A stretch of 64,000 nt of DNA, from assembly GCA_963422205.2 (NCBI GenBank), contig CAXMWX010000003.1:128001-192000 (forward strand), written 5' to 3'. Every line of letters starts with the position of its first letter. Position 1 is the stretch's first letter. The position numbers and the translations under genes were made by a program. The stretch is from Gammaproteobacteria bacterium. GTDB lineage: Bacteria; Pseudomonadota; Gammaproteobacteria; Eutrophobiales; Eutrophobiaceae. The notes beneath the pieces were generated by a model, which did no database searches, had not been told where the DNA came from, and saw only the letters and a list, made by a program, of their open reading frames with translations. Of the stretch, positions 1-10,736 are shown in pieces.

Positions 1-66
1 AATGGACGGGCATCATCAGTATCAATGCACGGCCCCACACAAAAGTACATGCCCTGGAGGCAGCCC

Positions 67-720
67 TTGGACATCTACACCACAGAAGAGCAGCAAATAG
101 AGGCCATTAAAAAATGGTGGCAGGAGAACGCCATCGCCGTTGTCTTCGGCATCGCCCTGGGGCTGTGCGGCATCTTTGGCTGGCGGCACTGGCAGAATGT
201 GCAACAGCAGCAGGCCGAGGCGGCGTCCAGCATCTATCAGCAAACCCTCGTTGCTGTCAGGGAGAGACAATACGATGCGGCTGAACAGTCGGCCCGGCAG
301 ATATTGACAGAATACCCCGGCACGCATTATGCGGTGTTCAGTCAGTTGCTGCTGGCAAAGATCGCCGTGGATGAGGATAAGCTGGATGAGGCCAGCGCAC
401 ACCTTAAAGCGGCACTGAAACAAAATAAAGACGAGGAACTGGCGCATCTGCTGCGTATCCGCCTTGCCCGTGTTCTGCTCAGTCAGCAAAAAACAGAGGC
501 CGCCGCCACACTGATCGAGGCGGGGGCTGAAACACCGGGAGACTTTGCTGCCAGCTATGCGGAGTTGGCCGGCGATATCAAGCAACAGCAAGGCAATCTC
601 ATCGCCGCACGCACCGCCTATCAGGAGGCGATGATCAAGGCACGTGCCAGCGAGCGCGACAGCACGGCGATTGAAATCAAACTGAACGACATCGGCCAGT
701 CAACACCCCCTGACCAGTAA
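67..720 (+). CDS. yfgM: YfgM, TPR-containing ancillary SecYEG subunit
   Basis: N-terminus DIYTTEEQQIEAIKKWWQEN followed by a TM helix and TPR-like helices. TTG start at 67 follows GGAGG. Lies upstream of bamB-der. Confidence 0.9.
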   Translation: MDIYTTEEQQIEAIKKWWQENAIAVVFGIALGLCGIFGWRHWQNVQQQQAEAASSIYQQTLVAVRERQYDAAEQSARQILTEYPGTHYAVFSQLLLAKIAVDEDKLDEASAHLKAALKQNKDEELAHLLRIRLARVLLSQQKTEAAATLIEAGAETPGDFAASYAELAGDIKQQQGNLIAARTAYQEAMIKARASERDSTAIEIKLNDIGQSTPPDQ

Positions 721-948
721 CCCATCAAGGCACGATCATCAACAATGCATGACAAGCAGGCACGAGCCATGGGGGTTGCCGAGGCACTGGTCAGCGACTA
801 CTGTCACTCAGACTGTCCCGATATAAAAAAGCGGACAGTAATTTAGATAACATTTGCATGTGCGTGCTTCTGCAATTCACATTTTTGAAGCGTATAAATT
901 AATTTAAGGTGCTCGCAGCAAGGTTTCATTATTTACTGAGAAGTACCA

Positions 949-1245
949 TCAGATGACCTTGTTACATCTTGTTACATAATGGGCGCCTAGTACCAAGGTA
1001 ACGATAGGCGGGATGAAGCTCTTGCAAAATTCAAATACTTCCTCCGCCGCTGCCGCTCTTTCCGTGGAGTTTGCATAACCTATATAAGTCCAACCACTGG
1101 CAACCAGCAGGATGGCAGCACCGCCAAGCACCCAGTATGTCATTTTTATCTGAGCTTTTTGGCGCCCTGTCAAGTCTTCCGTGCCAGAAGCAAAACCGTC
1201 AGGTATGTTTGAAAGTTTTACAGTCTCGTTTTCCTTAGCGTTCAT
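949..1245 (-). CDS. Small hypothetical protein with two hydrophobic segments
   Basis: 98-aa ORF with hydrophobic stretches (YWVLGGAAILLVASGWTY; FIPPIVTLVLGAHY) in AT-rich DNA, directly downstream of the RHH gene. Confidence 0.6.
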   Translation of the reverse strand: MNAKENETVKLSNIPDGFASGTEDLTGRQKAQIKMTYWVLGGAAILLVASGWTYIGYANSTERAAAAEEVFEFCKSFIPPIVTLVLGAHYVTRCNKVI

Positions 1246-1263
1246 GGGGTTGCCTTCCCGGGC

Positions 1264-1473
1264 CTAGTACATAAGTATCCTTTGTTCGGCGCCATCTTGC
1301 CCATCATCCCTGATAATTAAATGCTTGTTTTCTTGCTCTGCTCTGGACGTTAAGTCTAACAAATATAAGGCTTTTCTCAGCACCTCTGTTCGCGATGAAG
1401 ACCGGCTTCTTTCTTTTAAGCTATCTATCAAGCGAGTAGTCTCCTCATCGAATCTGAAGCTGGTGGCTTGCAT
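1264..1473 (-). CDS. Ribbon-helix-helix (CopG-like) DNA-binding protein
   Basis: TSFRFDEETTRLIDSLKERSRSSSRTEVLRKAL fits the RHH beta-alpha-alpha pattern. GAGG RBS upstream. Confidence 0.7.
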   Translation of the reverse strand: MQATSFRFDEETTRLIDSLKERSRSSSRTEVLRKALYLLDLTSRAEQENKHLIIRDDGQDGAEQRILMY

Positions 1474-1495
1474 GACAATCCTCGGTAAAGTTAAG

Positions 1496-1516
1496 TGTAT
1501 TTATATAGTATATACA
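1496..1516. promoter_or_regulatory. Imperfect palindrome upstream of the RHH gene, possible autoregulatory operator
   Basis: TGTATTTATATAGTATATACA, with 7 of the 8 outer positions pairing, about 25 nt upstream of the start codon. Confidence 0.35.
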
Positions 1517-1737
1517 TTATAGCGAATTAATCAATACGATAATGCTACGGGAAAACAGTAGCCAGGTGGTATCAGCAGACGTCAGAGCAAGGCCATGCAG
1601 GCGCGCCCAAAACAGCCTGAATGAGATTATGCGCCAGGGGCGAATCGTCGCCCTGTGTTCGTTATCTTAAAACCAGCGCGGCCAGCATTGCACTAGGCTA
1701 TTGGCCGATTAGCCGGCTTTCCTGTTATAGTAAGCGC

Positions 1738-2112
1738 ATGAGAAAACATATCTCCCGCCTCTGCATCAAGGTGCAGTCATGGTTCTATTCCTTGTTTATG
1801 ACTGCGGATATTGCGGATATTCATCAAGGCTTGACCGCTTATGAAGGCGGCGATTTCGCCACCGCCCTGCGTAAGTTTCAACCCCTGGCCGATGCGGGAG
1901 ATGCAGACGCGCAATTCGGTCTGGGCCTGATGTGCGCCAAGAGCGAAGGCGTACCACAAAATGATATTCAGGCCCATCTGTGGGCTAATTTGGCCGCAGA
2001 CAAGGGGCACGAGGGGGCGGCGAAGCTGCGGGATATCGCTGCAAAAGCGATGAGCACCGTCAATGTTGCCGAGGCGCAGCAATGCCAGGCCAGCGGCTAT
2101 GCCAACTGTTAG
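1738..2112 (+). CDS. Short Sel1-repeat protein, possibly degenerate
   Basis: GLTAYEGGDFATALRKFQPLADAGDADAQFGLGLM...GVPQNDIQAHLWANLAA is a Sel1-like repeat. The start codon is uncertain. Confidence 0.75.
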   Translation: MRKHISRLCIKVQSWFYSLFMTADIADIHQGLTAYEGGDFATALRKFQPLADAGDADAQFGLGLMCAKSEGVPQNDIQAHLWANLAADKGHEGAAKLRDIAAKAMSTVNVAEAQQCQASGYANC

Positions 2113-2140
2113 CCGAAACTGCCTGATGCGATAACCCCAA

Positions 2141-3358
2141 ATGCGCTGTTTTACTCTCCTCGGTTTGTTGGTCAGCCTGTCGATAGCCGGCTGCGGGATC
2201 ACTGAAAAAGTCACCGGGGTCTTCAAGGGCGATTCCGATAATGCCATACCGCCCACCCCGCTGGTGGATGTCACGCCGCGGATCACGGTGATTGAACTGT
2301 GGGAGCGGGATACCGGCAGCGGCACTGACGAGCAATACTTAAAGCTGGCACCGGTAATCGCCGGGCAACGGCTGTTTATCGCCGACAGCAAGGGCCGCCT
2401 GCAATCGATGGATGCGGCCAATGGTCGCCTCGGCTGGTCGGTCAGGGCCAGGGCGACTGACACCATTGATGGCAAAGCGGGCTGGTTTTCCGGCAACAAG
2501 ATGCAGGTGACCGGCGGCCCGGGCTATGGTGAGAACACAGTATTCATCGGCACCGAGGAGGGTGATGTGATTGCCTTTGATGGCGATAACGGCGAGGAGT
2601 TGTGGCGCACCGTGGTCAGCAGCGAAGTCTTATCGGCGCCCAGCCGGGCCGATGGTGTGGTGGTGGTGCGAACGCTGGACGGCAAGATTTTCGGGCTGCA
2701 TGGCGATACCGGCCGGCGGCTTTGGATTTATGATCGCAGCGTCCCGGTGCTGACATTGCGCGGCACCAGCACGCCAGTCATCCATACCGGTGCTGTCATT
2801 GCCGGCTTTGATGGCGGCAAGCTGGCGGCGCTGGAACTTAAAACCGGCAAATTACTGTGGGAGGCCAGCATTGCCACAGCCCGCGGTGCCTCTGAACTCG
2901 AACGCATGGTCGACATTGACTCCAGACCTGCGGTTATTGACGGGGTGATTTATGTCTCGACCTTCCAGGGCTTTATCGCGGCCATACAATTTGAAACTGG
3001 CAGGATACTGTGGAGCCGCGATGTGCCTTCGCATACCGGCTTCGGTCTGGATGATGCCAATCTTTACATTACCGATGATGACAGCCACCTCTGGGCGCTG
3101 GATCGTTTCACCGGCGCCACGGTGTGGAAAAAAGAAGACCTGTATGCCCGGGCGGCCAGCGCACCGAGCAGCGTGGAAAATTATATCATCGTGGGTGATT
3201 TCGATGGCTACCTGCATTGGGTGGATAAACGCAGCGGCCGGTTTGCCGCACGCAACCGCCTGTGCAGTGAGCCAATCATCGCCACGCCGATGGTGGTCGG
3301 TCGGGTGGTCTACGGCTATTGCTCCGATGGCACCCTGGCCGCCTATACCTACAGATAA
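2141..3358 (+). CDS. bamB: Outer membrane protein assembly factor BamB
   Basis: Lipobox IAGC, PQQ-type beta-propeller repeats, LTLRGTSTP and SELERMVDID motifs; sits upstream of der. Confidence 0.95.
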   Translation: MRCFTLLGLLVSLSIAGCGITEKVTGVFKGDSDNAIPPTPLVDVTPRITVIELWERDTGSGTDEQYLKLAPVIAGQRLFIADSKGRLQSMDAANGRLGWSVRARATDTIDGKAGWFSGNKMQVTGGPGYGENTVFIGTEEGDVIAFDGDNGEELWRTVVSSEVLSAPSRADGVVVVRTLDGKIFGLHGDTGRRLWIYDRSVPVLTLRGTSTPVIHTGAVIAGFDGGKLAALELKTGKLLWEASIATARGASELERMVDIDSRPAVIDGVIYVSTFQGFIAAIQFETGRILWSRDVPSHTGFGLDDANLYITDDDSHLWALDRFTGATVWKKEDLYARAASAPSSVENYIIVGDFDGYLHWVDKRSGRFAARNRLCSEPIIATPMVVGRVVYGYCSDGTLAAYTYR

Positions 3359-3422
3359 GCCCGCCCCGGCGCTGGCATAAGCGCATATCCTTACAGTAAA
3401 CAGCATCAGCGCACTTATCAAC

Positions 3423-4820
3423 ATGCTGCCTGTCATCACCATCATTGGCCGCCCGAATGTCGGCAAGTCCACCTTGTTCAACCGCCTCACGCATCGCCGT
3501 GATGCCCTGGTTGCCAACCAGCCGGGGATAACCCGTGACCGTCACTATGCTTATGCCGAGCATCAGGGATGCGGGTTTATGCTGGTAGATACCGGCGGGG
3601 TCGGCGGCGTGGCGGAAACAGATGCGGCCATCGCCGAGTTGGTCACTCAGCAGACATGGCAGGCCGCCAATGAAGCGGATGCGATCATCTGGCTGCTGGA
3701 TGGGCGGGCGGGCATGACGGCGGCCGATGAGCGGCTGGCGGGGCGGTTGCGAATCATGCCGGTGCCTGTGCATGTCGTTGTCAATAAAACCGAAGGCATG
3801 GAGGCCAATCTGGCCGTGGCTGAATTTTATGCCAGCGGCGGCTTCAGTGAGCCGCAGCCCATATCCGCCGAGCGCGGCGATGGGGTAGATAAATTGATTA
3901 GCCACATCCTTGAACAACTGCCTGATCATGAACAGCAGATAACCCGCCAGCATGACGGCATCCGGCTCGCCGTGCTGGGTCGCCCCAATGTGGGCAAGTC
4001 TACCCTGGTTAATCGGATGCTGGGTGAGAACCGGATGCTGGCCTGTGATGCCCCCGGCACCACACGTGATGCTATCGCCACAGCGTTTCAACGACATGGC
4101 AGGGAATACGTGCTGATCGATACCGCCGGTATACGCCGGCGCAGCAAAATCGCTGGCGGCATTGAAAAATTCAGCGTGATAAAAAGCCTGCAAGCGATAG
4201 GGCCGGCCGAGATAATCATCCTGGTGTTAGATGCACAGGATGCCGTCACCGAGCAGGATCAACATCTGTCGGGCATCATCAAGGATTCCGGTAAATCACT
4301 GATCATTGCGATTAATAAATGGGATGGCCTTGAGCGTGAGCAAAAGCGAAAGATAAGGCAGCAGTTCGCCCGCAAGCTGCGCTTTCTGGAGTATGCCTGT
4401 ACCCATCATGTCTCGGCACGTAACGGCACCGGTGTGGGCGGCCTGTTCCGCCGTATTGATGAGATTATTAACGCTAAAAACCGGGCAGTGAACGCATCGC
4501 ATATCACCGGGCTGCTGTATGAATGCTTGCAGGCCAACCCGCCGCCGTTGCATCGTGGCCGACCGATCAAGCTGCGTTATGCCCATATCGGCGGCCATGA
4601 TCCGCTGCGTATCATCATTCATGGCAACCAGACCGAGCAGGTGCCGAGCAATTATCAACGCTATCTGGCAAGCCGGCTAAGAGAAAAATTAAGGCTGACA
4701 GGCACGCCGGTGTTGATTGAATTTAAGCACAGCACCAATCCGTATCAGGGCAAAAGAAATACACTCACGCCGAGGCAGATAAAACGGCGCCAGCGCATCA
4801 CGCGTCACCACAAAAAATAG
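3423..4820 (+). CDS. der: Ribosome biogenesis GTPase Der (EngA)
   Basis: Two GRPNVGKST P-loops, TRD and DTAG motifs, and a KH-like C-terminal domain. Confidence 0.97.
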   Translation: MLPVITIIGRPNVGKSTLFNRLTHRRDALVANQPGITRDRHYAYAEHQGCGFMLVDTGGVGGVAETDAAIAELVTQQTWQAANEADAIIWLLDGRAGMTAADERLAGRLRIMPVPVHVVVNKTEGMEANLAVAEFYASGGFSEPQPISAERGDGVDKLISHILEQLPDHEQQITRQHDGIRLAVLGRPNVGKSTLVNRMLGENRMLACDAPGTTRDAIATAFQRHGREYVLIDTAGIRRRSKIAGGIEKFSVIKSLQAIGPAEIIILVLDAQDAVTEQDQHLSGIIKDSGKSLIIAINKWDGLEREQKRKIRQQFARKLRFLEYACTHHVSARNGTGVGGLFRRIDEIINAKNRAVNASHITGLLYECLQANPPPLHRGRPIKLRYAHIGGHDPLRIIIHGNQTEQVPSNYQRYLASRLREKLRLTGTPVLIEFKHSTNPYQGKRNTLTPRQIKRRQRITRHHKK

Positions 4821-4863
4821 CACCACCCAAGGATATCCAAAAACCGGGATACTCAAAAACCGG

Positions 4864-5427
4864 CTATGAGCCCGGCTCCTGCAACAGCGCCTTGATCATG
4901 GCTTCAATCCTGAGCGCCTGCTCATCGCCCTCATGTGTCTCGCCCACAAACAGCGCCCGCACCTCGCCTTTTTTATCCAGCAGATAAAACGCCGGCCAGT
5001 AGCGATTACCCATGGCACGCCAGTAGGAGAAATCATTGTCGATCATCACCGGATGCTGCAAGCCAAACTCCACCACCTTGGCGGTGATATTTTTCCGTAT
5101 CTTCTCATGGGCAAATTCCGGTGTGTGTACGCCGATGATCTGAAAGTCCTCCCCGCTGAGCCGATCTTCCATGGCCTTCATCCAGGGAAAAGAGCGGTAG
5201 CAATTCCAGCAATCAAAGGTCCAGAAATCGATCAATACCACCTTGCCTTTCAGATCAGCCAACGTCAGCGGGGCAGAATTAATCCATTCCTCTTCCAGGG
5301 CATGGGTGAACTCCGGTGCGGCTATGCCACGGCTTAACGTATTGCCCGCCACTGGCTGAAAAACAACAACAGCAAGAGCGGCAGCCAGCCCCAGTACAAC
5401 AAGATTAAATGCAAGATGTTTCGACAT
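4864..5427 (-). CDS. Membrane-anchored/exported redoxin (TlpA/DipZ thioredoxin-like domain)
   Basis: KVVLIDFWTFDCWNC (CxxC), IGVHTPEF and YWPAFYL motifs; hydrophobic N-terminus; AGGAGG upstream of the ATG at 5427. Confidence 0.85.
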   Translation of the reverse strand: MSKHLAFNLVVLGLAAALAVVVFQPVAGNTLSRGIAAPEFTHALEEEWINSAPLTLADLKGKVVLIDFWTFDCWNCYRSFPWMKAMEDRLSGEDFQIIGVHTPEFAHEKIRKNITAKVVEFGLQHPVMIDNDFSYWRAMGNRYWPAFYLLDKKGEVRALFVGETHEGDEQALRIEAMIKALLQEPGS

Positions 5428-5541
5428 GACCGCCCTCCTGATTTCCCCCTGCTTGACTTCTCCCTTACCCGTTTCCATACAGACCGCACCAGGCGATAAA
5501 TGTTCACCAGGCCGGGGCGCTTAGGGGTATACTGCCCAGCC

Positions 5542-6072
5542 ATGACACTGCGCCGCTTTAACAACATCAGCCCGAACATCGCCGCTTCCGCCTGGGTGGA
5601 TGAGACAGCATTGCTTATCGGTGATGTCAGCCTGGATGAGGACGCCTCGGTCTGGCCGATGTCAGTTATTCGTGCTGATGTGAATAGCATCACGATTGGC
5701 AAGCGCAGCAACATCCAGGATGGCTGCATTTTGCATGTCAATCATGAATCACCCTACAACACCGGTTCAAAGCTGATTATTGGTGATGAGGTCACCATCG
5801 GACACCGGGTTACCCTGCATGGCTGCCGCATTGAAGATACCTGTCTGATCGGCATGGCAGCGGTTATCATGGATGATGTGGTGGTGGGTACAGGGTGTGT
5901 TATCGGTGCGGGCGCCTTGATCCCGCCCGGCAAGCGGCTGGAGCCGGGCTGTCTGTATGTCGGCTCGCCGGCCCGGCGAGTGCGTAAACTGGAGGCTGAC
6001 ATATTGCAGCAAATCAGGTATGCAGCACAACATTATGTACACAACAAAAACAGCCACAGTGGCACGGCTTGA
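5542..6072 (+). CDS. Gamma carbonic anhydrase family protein (YrdA-like)
   Basis: Hexapeptide repeats, [19 protein letters not shown] and [11 protein letters not shown] with the His ligands. Confidence 0.9.
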   Translation: MTLRRFNNISPNIAASAWVDETALLIGDVSLDEDASVWPMSVIRADVNSITIGKRSNIQDGCILHVNHESPYNTGSKLIIGDEVTIGHRVTLHGCRIEDTCLIGMAAVIMDDVVVGTGCVIGAGALIPPGKRLEPGCLYVGSPARRVRKLEADILQQIRYAAQHYVHNKNSHSGTA

Positions 6073-6076
6073 TCAG

Positions 6077-7972
6077 ATGATTACACCTCATCACACCTAC
6101 GAGGTCATCATTGTCGGCGGCGGTCATGCAGGCACCGAAGCCGCCCTGGCCGCCGCACGACTGGGCGCCAGGACGCTGTTGCTGACGCATAATATCGATA
6201 CCCTGGGGCAGATGTCCTGTAATCCGGCGATTGGTGGCATAGGCAAGGGGCATTTGGTAAAAGAGATCGATGCCCTCGGCGGCCTGATGGCGCTGGCGGC
6301 CGATGGCAGCGGCATTCAGTTTCGGATCCTGAATGCCCGCAAAGGCCCGGCCGTGCGTGCCACGAGGGCGCAGATCGATCGTGCTTTATACAAGACCATG
6401 GTCAGGGCGATGCTGGAACGGGCGGAGAACCTCTCTGTCTTCCAACAGGCGGTGACTGATCTGATAGTGGCAGGGGAGCAGATCAGCGGGGTGGTGACCG
6501 AGGCCGGGTTGGAGTTTCATGCCCCTTGTGTGGTGTTGACCGTGGGTACATTTCTTGGCGGCAAAATTCATATCGGCGAGACCCGGCAGCACGGCGGACG
6601 TGCCGGTGATCCGCCTGCAACAGCACTGGCACAGCGTCTGCGCGCCCTGCCGTTTCGGGTGGCACGCCTGAAGACCGGCACACCACCACGCATTGATGGC
6701 AAAACCATCGACTACAGCCGGTTGACACCACAGCCCGGTGATGAACCGCTGCCGGTGTTTTCTTATCTGGGCAAGGCCAGTTCACACCCGGAGCAACTGC
6801 CCTGTCATATTACCCACACCAACGAGCACACCCATGCCATCATCCGTGCAGCGCTGGATCGATCGCCGCTGTATAACGGTGACATACAGGGCATCGGCCC
6901 GCGCTATTGTCCCTCCATTGAAGATAAGGTAGTGCGTTTTGCTGACAAGCCCTCACACCAGATATTCATTGAGCCGGAAGGCTTGAACACCACCGAGGTG
7001 TATCCCAACGGCATCTCCACCAGCCTGCCCTATGAGGTGCAGTGCGAGCTGGTGCGCTCCATTCACGGGCTTGAATATGCCCACCTGACCCGTCCGGGTT
7101 ACGCCATTGAATATGATTTTTTTGATCCGCGCGATTTGCGGCCCTGGCTGGAGACAAAATTTATTGAGGGGTTGTTCTTTGCCGGCCAGATCAACGGCAC
7201 CACCGGTTATGAAGAGGCCGCCGCTCAAGGTCTCATCGCCGGCCTGAATGCCGCGTTAAAATTACAGGGCAAAACCCCGTGGAGTCCGCGGCGGGATCAA
7301 GCCTATATCGGCGTGCTGATCGATGATCTGATCACCCGCGGCACGACCGAGCCTTACCGCATGTTCACCAGCCGTGCCGAGCATCGCCTGCTCTTGCGAG
7401 AGGACAATGCCGATCTGCGCCTGACTGCCATCGCCCATAAAATGGGGTTGATCAGTGAGGAGCGATGGCGGCGCTTCAGCGACAAGCACGAGGCGATTGA
7501 ACGCGGGCAGCGGTGGCTGGAATCGACCTGGGTCACGCCGGAAAACCTGACGGACGAAGCGGCAGAGCAGCTATCAGGCCAGCCCTTGACCAAGGCCAGC
7601 AGCTTGCAGCAACTGCTGCGGCGGCCTGAGATAAGTTTCCACGACTTATCCAGGTTGCCGGGGGTTGATGCTGGTGCGATCACACAAGAGGTTGCCGAGC
7701 AGTTGGAGATTCAGGCCAAATATCATGGCTATATCGCACGCCAGCAGGCTGACATCGCCCGCATTCAGCGTGATGAGGGCCGCCACCTGCCGAGTGATCT
7801 GGATTATTCAGCCATCACCGGGCTGTCAACCGAAGCGGCAGAAAAACTGAACGCACACCAACCGGTGACCTTGGGCCAGGCGGCGCGTCTGCCCGGGATC
7901 ACGCCAGCGGCCATTTCGCTATTGCGGATCCATTTGAAGAGACATGCCCGACAGCGCCGCAAGAGTGCCTGA
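6077..7972 (+). CDS. mnmG: tRNA uridine-34 carboxymethylaminomethyl synthesis enzyme MnmG (GidA)
   Basis: [35 protein letters not shown] and [16 protein letters not shown] motifs. Confidence 0.98.
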   Translation: MITPHHTYEVIIVGGGHAGTEAALAAARLGARTLLLTHNIDTLGQMSCNPAIGGIGKGHLVKEIDALGGLMALAADGSGIQFRILNARKGPAVRATRAQIDRALYKTMVRAMLERAENLSVFQQAVTDLIVAGEQISGVVTEAGLEFHAPCVVLTVGTFLGGKIHIGETRQHGGRAGDPPATALAQRLRALPFRVARLKTGTPPRIDGKTIDYSRLTPQPGDEPLPVFSYLGKASSHPEQLPCHITHTNEHTHAIIRAALDRSPLYNGDIQGIGPRYCPSIEDKVVRFADKPSHQIFIEPEGLNTTEVYPNGISTSLPYEVQCELVRSIHGLEYAHLTRPGYAIEYDFFDPRDLRPWLETKFIEGLFFAGQINGTTGYEEAAAQGLIAGLNAALKLQGKTPWSPRRDQAYIGVLIDDLITRGTTEPYRMFTSRAEHRLLLREDNADLRLTAIAHKMGLISEERWRRFSDKHEAIERGQRWLESTWVTPENLTDEAAEQLSGQPLTKASSLQQLLRRPEISFHDLSRLPGVDAGAITQEVAEQLEIQAKYHGYIARQQADIARIQRDEGRHLPSDLDYSAITGLSTEAAEKLNAHQPVTLGQAARLPGITPAAISLLRIHLKRHARQRRKSA

Positions 7973-8624
7973 AAAACGGTTTGGGCAACTCAACGATAGC
8001 CTCATTAAACAGCGGTTAAGCAACGGTGTGCAGGAGCTGGGGCTGAACCTGCCGGCTCCGGTCACAGACAGGCTGCTTGCCTATATTGCCTTGCTGCACC
8101 AATGGAATCGCCGCATTAATCTAACCGCCGTACGCACCCCGTTGGCGATGGTGGCCCGCCACATCCTCGACAGCCTGGCCGTATCGCCATTTATTAACGG
8201 CCAACGCTGTCTTGATGTCGGCTCCGGGGCGGGCCTGCCGGGCATGATCCTCGCTATCAGTCATCCAGAACAGCACTGGTATCTGCTCGATGGTAACGGC
8301 AAGAAGATACGATTTTTAACCCAGGCCGTGATCGAGCTACAGCTTGACAATGTGGAGGTGATCGAATCGCGGCTTGCAGCGTATCTCCCCTCTCAAGAGT
8401 TCAGCACGATCGTCTGCCGCGCCTATGCCCCGTTAGCCGATTATGTCACATCAGTCTCGCATTTGATGGCGGCGAACCCGCGTATTCTGGCGATGAAGGG
8501 CGCACTGCCGGATGAGGAGATACAGGCCCTCCGGGCAATACATCTCGACTATCACATACAGCCGCTCACGATACCGGGCATGGATGCGGCAAGGAACCTG
8601 GTGATGATTGATCCCGGCCAGTAG
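7944..8624 (+). CDS. rsmG: 16S rRNA m7G527 methyltransferase RsmG (GidB)
   Basis: WN..INLTA, HILDSL and [11 protein letters not shown] motifs; follows mnmG. Confidence 0.96.
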   Translation: MPDSAARVPEKRFGQLNDSLIKQRLSNGVQELGLNLPAPVTDRLLAYIALLHQWNRRINLTAVRTPLAMVARHILDSLAVSPFINGQRCLDVGSGAGLPGMILAISHPEQHWYLLDGNGKKIRFLTQAVIELQLDNVEVIESRLAAYLPSQEFSTIVCRAYAPLADYVTSVSHLMAANPRILAMKGALPDEEIQALRAIHLDYHIQPLTIPGMDAARNLVMIDPGQ

Positions 8625-8696
8625 GCCGCACGGCCCGCCGTTGCCAGCATCATAGCAAACGTGGTTTACGGCCAAACCGGGGCAAAATCCTGCTGG

Positions 8697-10736
8697 CTAC
8701 TTAACGCCGTCAGCACCCGCCCTGGTCTTGTGTGGCGGTTTTCTCTTAGGCCGAAATGCGCCCACGGCCTGCCTCAGCCGGGCCGACAACTCATGCCGAT
8801 TGCCATACCTGACGGCCACATAGACAGCAGAAATATCATGAACGACAGCGCTTAAATCCGGTCTTTGGCGGGCGATGCGCCGGGCAAAATCCTGCGGGCC
8901 TTCTGTTGCTGCGTGCATCACGCCGCAGCGTGCCAGCTTGCGGCAGAACGCATCATAGAGTTGCTTCGCCTCATCCACCGGCACAGGTCGCTGGCGGAAC
9001 AGCCACAGGGCGGCGATCAGCATCAGCAACAACACCACCATACCCAGCCCAACCAGCAGGACTTGCCATTGATGTTTTTTCAGCCCCAGGCGCTTGAGGA
9101 TAAGATGCTGGCGGCCTTGATCGTAACCCATGACCCATTTGTTCCAGTGATTGTTGACAGCATCCCAGCGATGACGCATCGCCAGCCACAGGTCGCGGGC
9201 CGCCCCGCCGACGTTAATCACGCCAGGCACATCACGGATGGCGGCGGGCAGGGCGCTCTGTATGCCGGCCTCAATTCGCGCCGGCGCCACCGCTGAAGTT
9301 GGGTCAACCCGCACCCAGCCCCGCCCATCCAGCCACACTTCCGCCCAGGCATGGGCATCACGCTGCCGGACGATCAGATAACCTCCAATCGGATTGATGC
9401 TGCCACCCTGATAACCCGTCACCACACGTGCCGGGATCCCGGCAGCGCGCATCAGGATTACAAAGGCCGCCGCATAGTGTTCACAAAAGCCCTGGCGGGT
9501 TTCAAACAGAAACTCATCGACAGTATCCTCAGTCAGCAATGGCGGGTTCAGCGTGTAGGAAAATTCCTGTTGGGCAAACAGGTTCAGGGCTTTGCCTATC
9601 ACGGCCCGTGTTCCAGGCCCCTCACGCTGCCAACGGCGCCCCAGAGCCACCGTGCGAACATGGTGATCCAGGGGCAACTGCAAGGCATTGTTCAACTCAT
9701 TTTCAGAGGCGGTGCCAAGGCGATAATCCAGCCAGGACTCGATGCGGTAACGCTGCCGACTGTGAATAGGTTTACGGCTGCGAAGCTGACGATCGTGGGT
9801 AAAATAGCCGGTGGCTGGTGTGGCTATCGGCAACTCCAGGGCGAATAACCAGCGTTGATCGGAAGGCTCCATCAACACCGTGTATTCAACCGGCTCACCG
9901 GCCACCTCCAGGGCGGCGGGCGGCAGCACCAGGCGGTTGCGATTCCAGCTAAGGCCATCAGTATACCAAAGCACCGGACCGCGCCAGTACAGCAGCGACT
10001 GATCCGGCACCGGGCCGTCAAACTCAACCCGGAAGGCAACCTCATCGGACAGCGTCAAGTTGCTGATGGTGCCAGGGGACATGGTATCGCTGAGACCGGT
10101 GAGGCCGCTGTGGGAGTCCTTGGGCAGGCTCCACAAGGGCCCGGGAATGCGGGGGAAAAGCACGAACAGGATAATTAACAGCGGCACCGACTGGATTAGC
10201 AGCTTGCCAGCGAGCCTGATCCTGGCGGCGTATGACTGCATCCTGGCCGGATCATTAAAATCAATCAGCGCAAATAACATGGCCAGGACACAGAGGATCA
10301 TGTACGCCGCGGTGATGATGCTTTGCGAATAAAAACAGTTGGTCATGATCAAAAAGCTGGCCAGGAAGGCGGTGATGTAATAATCACGCTCTCGCTGTAT
10401 CTCGGCGATCTTCATGCCCGCCAAGGCGATGAGCAGGGCGATCCCGGCATCCCTGCCCAGCAGACTGCCGTAGCTTAAAAAGATACCGATAAACATACAG
10501 GACGCCAGCACAGGCCGGATGATTCGCACCAGCACCGCACTGATGCTCGCCTCCTGCTGGACGGCGGGCGGTTGCAGCAGACGCCAACAGACCAGCAACA
10601 TAAAGGCCAGGGTAATCCAGCCAGGGATGCGCGGGATGTGCGGCAGCACGGACAAGACGATGGCCACCATGAGGAAGACCAGGCTGTGATCAACCTGCCG
10701 CCACCAGGCGGTCAAGCCGTCATTCAGAGAGGCCAT
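8697..10736 (-). CDS. Transglutaminase TgpA family (DUF3488 membrane domain plus TGase domain)
   Basis: Multi-TM N-terminus; GFCEHYA, HAWAEV and WVRVDPT catalytic motifs. Confidence 0.92.
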   Translation of the reverse strand: MASLNDGLTAWWRQVDHSLVFLMVAIVLSVLPHIPRIPGWITLAFMLLVCWRLLQPPAVQQEASISAVLVRIIRPVLASCMFIGIFLSYGSLLGRDAGIALLIALAGMKIAEIQRERDYYITAFLASFLIMTNCFYSQSIITAAYMILCVLAMLFALIDFNDPARMQSYAARIRLAGKLLIQSVPLLIILFVLFPRIPGPLWSLPKDSHSGLTGLSDTMSPGTISNLTLSDEVAFRVEFDGPVPDQSLLYWRGPVLWYTDGLSWNRNRLVLPPAALEVAGEPVEYTVLMEPSDQRWLFALELPIATPATGYFTHDRQLRSRKPIHSRQRYRIESWLDYRLGTASENELNNALQLPLDHHVRTVALGRRWQREGPGTRAVIGKALNLFAQQEFSYTLNPPLLTEDTVDEFLFETRQGFCEHYAAAFVILMRAAGIPARVVTGYQGGSINPIGGYLIVRQRDAHAWAEVWLDGRGWVRVDPTSAVAPARIEAGIQSALPAAIRDVPGVINVGGAARDLWLAMRHRWDAVNNHWNKWVMGYDQGRQHLILKRLGLKKHQWQVLLVGLGMVVLLLMLIAALWLFRQRPVPVDEAKQLYDAFCRKLARCGVMHAATEGPQDFARRIARQRPDLSAVVHDISAVYVAVRYGNRHELSARLRQAVGAFRPKRKPPHKTRAGADGVK

